Shown: piece after piece, positions 1-9,551 of the stretch | Layout of the letters: every line of letters starts with the position of its first letter | Position numbering within the stretch: the stretch's first letter is position 1 | DNA from: Fonticula alba ATCC 38817 | Taxonomy: Eukaryota > Protista > Nucleariida | NCBI GenBank assembly: GCA_000388065.2 | Contig: KB932202.1 | Reading direction: 5' to 3' (one strand) | DNA: 39,878 bases | The notes under the pieces: model-generated | What the model was told of the DNA's origin: nothing | Database searches by the model: none | Seen by the model: only the letters and a program-made list of their open reading frames with translations | Program-made: the position numbers and the translations under genes

Positions 1-70
1 GGGGGGGGGGGGGGGGGGGGGGCGAAAGTGGACGCAGGAAAGCCCAGGCATCGGCAGCCCCCCATCGTAC

Positions 71-408
71 CAGCGAAGGCAAAGCGCTTGGTCTTGTCCG
101 GGTTCAGCAGGGCATGGATGAGAGACACACTGGCCGGCGACAGAACCCCATCGTCACTCCAGTCATCCTCGCCATCCTCCTCCTCATCATCCTCCTCGTG
201 GCTGTCGCCACCACCGCGCAGGGGCTGGCTGATCTCGTCCCCGGAGGAGGCATGGTCGCTGGAGATCGAGCCGGCGGCCGGCGGCCGGTTCGCCCCCGGC
301 AACGAGCCATCGCTGGCATCGCTGCCGAGGGCGCCGCTGTCGCTGCCGAGGGCGGCCTCCTCGATAGGGGCATGGCCCTCATCCGCGGCCGGCAGTACCA
401 TGGCCTGC

Positions 409-440
<32 letters not shown>

Positions 441-1685
441 CTCGTCGTCCTCATAGTCCGACGGGCTTGGGAAGTAGAGCCGATGCTCGAGGATGTTGCT
501 GAAGATCCGCTCCGGCGTGTCGTCGGTGAAGGGCGGCGCCCCGACCAGGAATTCATACATGCAGATGCCCAACGCCCACCAGTCAACCTCCGGGCCGTCG
601 CTCAGGCCGGTCAACAGCTCCGGGGCCAGGTAGTCCGGGGTGCCGAGCAGGGCCTTGGACGAGGTCCGCTGCGGGGCAGCGACCAGGGGGCAAGGGGGGG
701 GGGGGGTCAGTCCCGTGGGAGGCTTCCCAGCAAGGGGGCGAGCCGAGGCCAAGGGAGCCGGCTCTCCCAGCCGGACGCGCACGCGCACGCGCGCGCATTT
801 GTGTGTGTGTGTGTGTGTGTCTGTCGTACCCGGCGTCGTAGCTTGCCGCGCTTGTCCCCCTGTCGGGACTCATCGGACGACGAGTCGTCGCTCACATTCT
901 CCGGCGACACCGGCAGCGAGGTGTCATCCCCGGCAACGATGATCCGTGCCAGGCCGAAGTCCGTCAGCTTGACATGCCCGTCGGCCGTGATCAGCACATT
1001 GTCCGGCTTCAGGTCGCGGTGCGTGATGCCGTGCCTGGGGCGGAGGAAAGGGCGCATGCATGCATGCATGCATACACACACACACACACGGGCAGAGGGT
1101 GTCAGAGGGCGCATGGCAGGGGGGAGAGCGGCTCACATCACAAGGGGCACACGGGGCACGCACCGATGGAGGTAATCCAGCGCCACGGCGATCTGCCCAA
1201 TGTAGAACCGCGTCATGTCCTCGTCGAAGGTGCCGAACACCTCCAGCAGGCTGGACAGATCCCCGCCAATCAGGTACTCCATCACCAGGAACAAGTAATC
1301 CCGCGAGTAGAAGGCATAATACAGCCGCACGACGAAGGGGTTTCGTGCCAGGGCCAGCACCGTGCGCTCGGTGAACAGGTGGTTCATCATGTTCTTGCGC
1401 TCCATGTCCGCGCGCTTTAGCACCTTGATGGCGAACAGGTCGCCGGTGATGCGCTTCTGCGCCAGGTACACCGTCCTGCCCACCCAGCAAGCCCCCCGGG
1501 CACAAGGAGAAAGCCACATCCGGTCAGCGGAGCACAGAGGTCCATGTCCCGAGCCAGCAAGGGCCACAGGGCGAGAGGGGAAGGCACAAGAGGAAATGCG
1601 CGAGAGCCACCGGGAGAAAGCAACACGCACCCGAAGGCCCCGGCACTGATGATCTTGACAATGTTGAAGTCCTCGATGCTGGGCG
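71..1685 (-). other. Protein kinase catalytic domain of the AGC kinase, spread over 4 exons
   Basis: Gly-rich loop split by intron 1630-1476 (GG|G), VAIK-type Lys (FAIK), HRDLKPDN at ~1017-994, DFG, a ~45-aa activation-loop insert, GTPDYLAPE at ~643-617, and subdomain [21 protein letters not shown]. Confidence 0.92.
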
Positions 1686-4600
1686 CACGCGCGCCCAGGG
1701 CCGACGATGTCAGGAAGGACGACACCACGCCGCCGTTCTGCTGGTTCGGGTCGGCCTTCGCGGAGCGCTTGCGGCGCTTCTGCAGATCATCCGCCCCGTC
1801 CCGGGGAACAAGGCAGCCAGGTGAGCCATTCGGAGAGGCGGGGCGCTGGCGGGGGCGCGATGCCAAAGCAAGAAAAAAAAGAAAAAAGAATCCCACCAAA
1901 AAGGGGGCACATGGAAGAGACCGCACAGGCCGCCGAGGGGGGGGGGGGGGGCACGTACAAACTTGAGCCAGTCGCGAACCTTGTGCTGGTTCAGCGTGAT
2001 GGAGGCTGTGAAGAGGGTCAGCGGCTGGCCGGCCCCGCCGCCCGGCGGCAGGCCGTATGCCGGAGACACTTGGGCCGCGGCCGCGCTGCGATGGCCCTCG
2101 GCCAGCATGGCCTCGGCCGCCGGGATGGCCACGCCCTCCTGGTACAGGCACATGGCCTCGAGCTTTTGCTCAAGCTAGGGACCCCGTGCGGGCACTGGCG
2201 TCAGCAACCCCGGCAGATGGAGGGCAGAAAGGCAGTGCACTGGAGGGGAATGGAAAAAGACCGAGCCCCGACACCCCGCCAGCCCAGCACCGCTGGCCAG
2301 GGCACACACACACACACGAGGCAACAGGCTGCCGGGGGACAAAGGCAAGGAGGCGGAGGGAAAGAGAGAAAGAGGCAGAGAAGCGGCAGCCAACGCACAA
2401 CGTGCAACACACGCCGGCCAAAGGTCAGGATGATCGTTTGCACCACATTCGACGGGGCCATCATGTCCGATGCGAGCGCCCGCGACATCGGGGTCGGCGC
2501 CGACGAGTCGTAGCTGTAGGACACCAGGACCGCCTCCACGCTGCGGATCAAGTCCGCGCACTTGTACACCGCGTCGCCGAAGCCACGGCTGTCCAGGTTG
2601 ATCCCCTCCAGCGCGTAGACCTCGATCTTCTCGATGTCACTGATGGAGTCGTACTGCGACAGCATGTCGTTGTCTTCCGAGGCCGAGCCCCACCCTTCGT
2701 CCTCGGTGACCAGGTCCTGCGACCCGTCGTCGGTGGCCAGCACCGGCAGGACCCCGGGCTGGGCCGCGGTCCCGGCGCTGCGATCCGTGCCGAAGTGCAA
2801 GAATCGCCCGCCGAAGGGCCGGAAGAAGGTCCGCCCACCGGGGCCCCCGGTGGCAATCGGCCCCGGCGAGGCGGCCTCCTCATTGACGGTGATGGCCGGC
2901 GCGCTGGGGGACGACCCGGCCGGGCTACCGCCGGCTGTCGGGAGGCCCCCACCGGGTGAATGCCCCGCGCCGGCGGACGCCACCGCCGCCGCCGCCGCCG
3001 CCGCCGGCGTGGGGGGCGAAATGGCCCCGCCCGGGCCCGGGCTGCCGCCGGACAGCGACGAGGAAGAGGAGGAGGAGGAAAACATGCGCGAAGCCTTGCG
3101 CGAGAAGAGATGCAGCCGCCCGGGCAGCGAGGAGTCCGACGCCGAGGTGTCGGCCACCATCGAGGCCGATGGCGGCGACAGGGGCGACGAGTAAAGGGGC
3201 GCGCTGCTCCCGGCACCGGCCAATGACGAGGAAGAGGACCCCGGGCCCTGGCCCTTCAGCGAGTGCATAGACCCGGAGCGAGACCGGGCCCCACCCGGCG
3301 GCAGGGGCGACGGCGACCGGGACATGATGCGCGAGGATTGCAGGCGCTCCATCTGCACGCGCTGCTCGGCGATGGCCTTCGCCAACTTGGCCAGCCGCGC
3401 GTCGCAGTTGGTGGACTTCATGTCGGCCCTGGTGACGTGCAGGGGAGAGAAGGAGAGAAGGAGAGAAGGAGAGAAGGAGAGAAGGAGAGAAGGANNNNNN
3501 NNNNNNNNNNNNNNNNNNNNNNNNNNNNNNNNNNNNNNNNNNNNNNNNNNNNNNNNNNNNNNNNNNNNNNNNNNNNNNNNNNNNNNNNNNNNNNNNNNNN
3601 NNNNNNNNNGAAGGAAGGAAGGAGGGAAGGAGAGAAGGAGAGAAGGTGAAGGACATGCGTCAGTTGTGGTACCAAGGTACGCGAAGGGGGATGCGGCAGG
3701 AGGAGGAGGGGCTCCAGGCAACAAGAGAAGAGACTGGCCCGAGGGAGGGGAGAAGCACGCGTACTTGAAGGCCAGCCGGCAAATCTCGGTGTGCTGCTGG
3801 AAGACCGCCTTGGCGAAAACCTGTTCGCAAATCCGGCACACCTCCAGATCGGACCGCGAGTCAAGGGGAACCTCAGGCCCGACGCTCGCCGGCGGGGCAG
3901 CCCCGGCCCCGGCCCCGGCCCCGGCCCCGGCCCCGGCGGACGTGGCCCCCGGCGTCAGCGACCGCAGCGACGAGCGCAGTGACGAAATCAGCGGCAGGCT
4001 GATCATCGGCGAGGAGGACCGCGACCGCTGCGACCCGAGTGACTGGTTGGACGCCGACCGGGGCAGCGGGCTCGGGCCCAGGTGCCGCGATCCCAGGCCC
4101 GCTGGCGAATCCTGCCGGAAGTGCCCATGCGGCGACCCGCCCCCGGGAGGGGCCAGCTGGAAGGGCGCCAGCAGCCCGGCATCCGACGGCCCAGCCATCG
4201 ACGGCCCGGCCGCCAGCGACGATGAGGTGACCGAGCGCGGCAGCGGCGCCGGGCCCCCGCCCGAGCCGGGGCCGGCACCACTGCCGGCACCGCCGGCACC
4301 GCGCAAGTCCGCCAGCAGCGCATTCCCCGAAGCCGCCGACAGGGAGGCCGCCCGCGGGCCAGACGCATTCGGCGTGGCCGGCGGCCCCGGCTGCAGGGAG
4401 GCCCCGGGCGAGGCGGCCCACCCGGGCGAGTAGCCCGGCCCCGGCCCGGGCGAGGGGGCATGCTCCATCCCCGGCGAGGGGGTGTGCTCGGACCCGGCCC
4501 CGGCCAGCCCCGGCGAGGACAGGCTCGACCCCGGCGAGGCCGGCGCCGCCGCCGCGGCACTCCCAGCGCCGCCGGACGAAAACTTGAATACCCGAGCCAA

Positions 4601-7086
4601 TTTCAGGAACACCGAGGAAGGCCCCCCGGGCGAGTCGGCCGAGGGGGTCGACGGCCCGCCCGGCGTACCCGGCGCGCCGGGCCCCACCGAGGCGCCGGAC
4701 GTGCCGCCCCCGGGCCCGGCCGCCGCCGCCGCCGCCGCCGACTCAAAGAGCGGGGCCCGTGGCGAAACCACCGGCCCGGGGGCCGCGCTCGGCCGCGCGT
4801 GCGACCCCAGCGGCGAGGGGGTGTGCGTGCCGCCGGGATTGGCAACAAGGCCGCCGCCGCCGGCCCCGGCCCCGGCCCCGGCCCCGGCCCCGGCCCCAGA
4901 CGCCACCGGCGTCGACACCGGCGAATAGGACAGCGAGGGCGACGGGCAGAGTGGCGACCCGGGGCTCGAGGCGCCGGTCAGGCCCCCGGCGGTGGACCCA
5001 TACGCCCGGCCGGAGCCCAGCGAGCCGGGCAGGCCGCGATGCGGCGAGGAGTGGCCCGGGATCGGCGAGGCGCCGGCCGCCGGCGAGGCCGGCGGCACCG
5101 ACCCCCCGGCCCCGGCCGCCGCCAGGGCCATGGCCTGGTTGGTGGCGGCTGCGGCGGCTGCCGCCGGGCTCGCCGCCCCGCCGGCCGCCACCCCGGCCGA
5201 GTTCGACAGACTGCCCCGGCGCTCGGCGAACTTGGCCGCCTTGTTCATGGCGCGCACCGAATGCGACGAGGAGGACCGGCTCAGCCCCCCGGAGGAGGAC
5301 GACTGCAGCGACCCCAACGGCGAGGCATAGGCATAGGCCGACCCCGGCGAGGTGAGGCCCGCATGGCGCATGTACGCCGGCAGCGGGGGGGCCGGCGGCG
5401 GGGCCGGCCCGGCCAGCGGCGATGTCGGCGCCCCGGCGCCCGGGCCGCCGACCGGCCCCCCGGGCCCCCCGTGCCCATAGTGGTGATAGGACGACAGGTG
5501 CGGGTGATAGTGCTGGAGCCCATGGGCATGGGCCTCCCCGCCGGGCCCCGGCGTGGACCCCGGGCTGTATGTGAAGGTGGAGGGGGAGGAGGGCGACGGC
5601 GAGGGCTGCCCCGTGGCCACGCTGGCCAGCGACGAGTAGGAAGCCGAGTGCGTCAGGGCCCGGCGGTACATCGAGCTCGAGGAGGAGATCGAGCTCGACG
5701 AGGACGACGCCACCCCGCCCCCGAGGGAGGAGGCCGACAGGGAGGACACCGCCCCCGGGGCCATGGCCGCTCCCGGCCCGGCGGCCCCGGTCGGCCCGAC
5801 ATTCGGCAAATGCCGCGGCGACAGCGGCGACACCGCGGCGCTCGGGTGCCCGGCCGAGCGATCCCGGAAGTGCAGGAGCGAGGCCGCCGCCGACGGGGGG
5901 CCGCCCATGCCGCCGGCGCTCGACCCGGCCAGAGGTGCCGGCGACGCCGTCGCCGACGACGAAGCCGACGACGACCCGGACGACGAGGGCACCGTCGTCC
6001 AGCCGGCCTCCCCCGGAGGGCCGGCCACCAGGCCCCCGGCGCCCGACACCCCCGAGCCAGACCCCACCACGCCCCCGCCGTAGGAGCTGAGATCCGCCGT
6101 GGCGGCCGACGACGACCGCGACAGGGGGGACCGCATCCGCGGGTCATAGGCCGACGCCGGCAACGGCGCCATATACCCCGGCCCGCCGGGGCCGCCCCCC
6201 CCGGCCAAGGACCCGCTGCTGCCGCCGTACGTCCGCGGCGCCGGCGACCCGGCCGGCGACCCGGCCGGCGACCCGGCCACCCCGCCCCCCGGGCTGAGCC
6301 CCTGCTGGGAGAAGGACGGCGACGAGGGCGAATGCATCAGCCGCCCGGCATGGTGCGGATGCAGGCCCACACCCACCGGGCCGGATGCGGCCGGCAGCAG
6401 CGGCGGCGAGTGCGCCGGCGACAAGCCCCCGGCGGCCCCGCCTCCCAGGAAGAACCCCGGACCGCCGCCGGGCGGCCCGGACGACAGGAGCAGCGCATCG
6501 GCCGACGCCGTGGACCCGATGCTCACCGAGCGCCGGTGGGCGGACCCGCGCCGACGCCCGCCGGCCGGCAGCGGCGACCCCGATGCCGACGATGTGCCCG
6601 ACGAAGGGGTCGACCCGGTGCCCCCGCCGGCGGCCATCGGGCTCGGCGAGGGCGACCGCAGGATCAGGCCCAAGTGCCGGCGGAAGCTGCTCCGACTGCT
6701 TGGGGCTTCGGCCGGCGAGCCCATCCCCGGCGGCGGCGGCGGCGACGGTGACGGCGGCGGCGGCGGCGCTGGCGGCATGTCGCCGGTGGTCGGCGTGCCA
6801 GGCTCCCCGCCAGCGGGCCGGGCCTGGGGCGCGAGCGACGCCCGGGACCGGCCCAGGCGCTGTAACCCCTGCGACAGGGCCGGCCAGGGCAGCAGCGACG
6901 TGCCGCCCGGCGAAAAGTGCCCCCGGCCGCCGGCCGCCTGATGGGGCGAGCTCGGCGAGGACACCGCCTCGAAGGGATCCTCATCGGTGTCGGTCGTGTT
7001 TCCGAGGTAGAACCCGCCATTCGGCAGGGGGTGCTGCTGGTGCGGCACCGGCGGCTGGTGCACATGCCAGTGATGGGGGTGCGCGT

Positions 7087-7117
<31 letters not shown>

Positions 7118-8098
7118 GGGGAGATTGCTGTCGCTGGCCGCCCCGCCGAGACCGGCGCCATCCTCACCCGCCAGGGGATAGTCCAGGCCGGAGTAGCTGG
7201 ACTCCGAGGGGAGACGCCGCCGGCCACCGGCCAGGGCATACTCGCTGCCAGCCACCGCGGCCGCCTGGAGTTCGGTCAGGCGCTGGTTTTCCAACTTGCG
7301 CTGGTGCGTGGACATGTCGATCTCCATGTCAATCTCATGCATGGACATATCCTCCATGGCCGAGCGCAGCAGCTGCATGTACGACTGGTCGGCCGAGGCC
7401 GAGGGGGACAGAGCCCCGGAGGCCGACCCCGATGGAGGGTGGCACACCCGCGGCGAGCGTGCTCCCGAGGACACGGGCGAAGGGGACATCGGCGCCGGGG
7501 CCGGCGGCCCGGCCATCGACTCGGCCCCGGCACTGGCCCCGGCGCCCAGGCCGGCCACCGGGCCCAGCGGCGGCGTGATGGTGTCCACCCCGGGCCCGGT
7601 ATCCACCGGCGCCGGGCCCGGGTCCTCGGGCCCGCTGCCGCCGGACTCCCGCGGCGCGAACTCCCCGGCCGGCAGATTGGTCGTCAGGACCAGGGGCGAC
7701 GCGGGCAGCGACCGTCGCTCGCGGACCGACAGCTTGCGCGACCCGGGCCCGGACCCGGCACCCCCAGGCGAGCTGACGCCCGGGTCCGAGAGGCCGGATG
7801 TCGTGGCGATGGTAGCGGTAGCGGTGGTGGTGGTGGTGGTGGTGGTGGAGATGGCGGCCACGGCCGGCCGCCCCCCGGCGTCGGGCGACCGAAGCCGCGG
7901 CGTGGGCGCATCCACCCCGGACGACCCCGGCCCGGAGGGGCTCTCACTCTGGTGCTCGTGCTCGGTGTCGGCCGGTAGGCTGGTCGGGTCGACCAGCAGC
8001 GGATCCGTGCCAGGCCGATGCACCACAAAGGTGGGGTCATCCTCTTCCTCCGCCGCCCGGTGGTCTTTCTCGTCGTCCTCCTCCTCCTCGTCCTCCTC

Positions 8099-8138
<40 letters not shown>

Positions 8139-8726
8139 CTGTCATCGACATCGGCCTCGGCGTCCTCGTCCGGGCAGGGCTCCGTCGGGCTGGGGCTGCC
8201 GCCGGGGCCCGGCACCGGGTCCGACCCGAGCCCGGCCGGCAGCCCAGGCCACGCGGTGGCCGGTTCATCCAGGATCGGCGACGACCCGGCCAAATGGTGG
8301 ATCGGCTCCGGGGCATTGAAAGACTGGTGCAGCTTCTGCTGGGACTCCTGTGCACATGGCCGGAGTCCGGGCGGGGCGGGGCGGGGGATGGCAAGAGGAA
8401 GGTCAGCACACTGCCGCGCGGATCGGGGAACAGCAAAGCACGCCATGTGGCGGGCATTATCCCCCCGGGGACATGGCCAAGTGGCCCGGCAGGCGGCGAG
8501 CGTACGTGGAAGGACAGCAAGCGCGAGATGGGAGCGAAGATGAAGAGGAGGTTCAGCAGGTCGGCGCTTAGAGGCTCGGCCCGGGCTTCCGGGGCCTTGC
8601 GCAGGCGCGCTTCATTGAGGAGTTCGGCCAACTCGGCGCGAATGGCCCCGGCGCCGCCCTCCAGTAGGAGGCTCTCCGGCGTGGCGGTCAGTAGCTGCAG
8701 CGCCAGCTTGGCCACCGGGCTGGTGA
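71..8726 (-). CDS. MAST/Greatwall/Rim15/IRE-family AGC Ser/Thr kinase, partial at both ends. Inferred exons (minus strand): 8726-8506, 8347-3765, 3428-2399, 2174-1959, 1779-1631, 1475-1164, 1034-830, 668-71 (~2,440 aa visible)
   Basis: The spliced translation gives a complete catalytic motif set: [18 protein letters not shown]|[75 protein letters not shown] and PSIEDF are family hallmarks. The N-terminal [15 protein letters not shown] and the CRICE-x9-H-x3-C finger match plant IRE / fungal Rim15-Cek1 features as I recall them. All internal junctions are GT-AG and keep frame. Upstream exons probably lie in or beyond gap 8864-9551. After the donor at 70 the AGC tail is outside the window. Confidence 0.9.
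3385..3838 (-). other. Rim15/IRE-type C2HC zinc-finger-like motif, interrupted by intron 3764-3429
   Basis: The spliced sequence [25 protein letters not shown]|[15 protein letters not shown] parallels the CRICE..HS.IC......D.RL motif remembered from plant IRE and Rim15/Cek1 kinases. Confidence 0.75.
3447..3647. repeat. (AGGAGAGA)n octamer minisatellite in a kinase intron, spanning gap 3495-3609
   Basis: At least 5 perfect units lie left of the gap and degenerate units right of it. It forms the polypyrimidine tract on the sense strand. Confidence 0.85.
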
Positions 8727-8863
8727 CTGTCAGGCAGAGGCGGGACACGGGGAGGTCAGTCACTGGGGCCCAGGCGAGTGAGCCACATGTGGCAGCCAGG
8801 GCAGCGAGAACCGAGAGGGGAGGGGGGGGGGCCTCGCCGGTTGGCTGTGAGTGGGCGTGGTCC

Positions 8864-9551
8864 NNNNNNNNNNNNNNNNNNNNNNNNNNNNNNNNNNNNN
8901 NNNNNNNNNNNNNNNNNNNNNNNNNNNNNNNNNNNNNNNNNNNNNNNNNNNNNNNNNNNNNNNNNNNNNNNNNNNNNNNNNNNNNNNNNNNNNNNNNNNN
9001 NNNNNNNNNNNNNNNNNNNNNNNNNNNNNNNNNNNNNNNNNNNNNNNNNNNNNNNNNNNNNNNNNNNNNNNNNNNNNNNNNNNNNNNNNNNNNNNNNNNN
9101 NNNNNNNNNNNNNNNNNNNNNNNNNNNNNNNNNNNNNNNNNNNNNNNNNNNNNNNNNNNNNNNNNNNNNNNNNNNNNNNNNNNNNNNNNNNNNNNNNNNN
9201 NNNNNNNNNNNNNNNNNNNNNNNNNNNNNNNNNNNNNNNNNNNNNNNNNNNNNNNNNNNNNNNNNNNNNNNNNNNNNNNNNNNNNNNNNNNNNNNNNNNN
9301 NNNNNNNNNNNNNNNNNNNNNNNNNNNNNNNNNNNNNNNNNNNNNNNNNNNNNNNNNNNNNNNNNNNNNNNNNNNNNNNNNNNNNNNNNNNNNNNNNNNN
9401 NNNNNNNNNNNNNNNNNNNNNNNNNNNNNNNNNNNNNNNNNNNNNNNNNNNNNNNNNNNNNNNNNNNNNNNNNNNNNNNNNNNNNNNNNNNNNNNNNNNN
9501 NNNNNNNNNNNNNNNNNNNNNNNNNNNNNNNNNNNNNNNNNNNNNNNNNNN
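8864..9551. other. Assembly gap, one of nine: 3495-3609, 8864-9551, 11471-11905, 14846-14908, 18261-18390, 22554-22743, 24430-25274, 27540-~27665, 35103-35267
   Basis: Runs of N, most bordered by homopolymers or microsatellites. Confidence 0.99.

Noticed and set aside
2201-8446. 2,081-aa ORF as a stand-alone gene
   Set aside because: It begins inside intron 8505-8348, reads through intron 3764-3429 and ends inside intron 2398-2175. It is part of the kinase gene.
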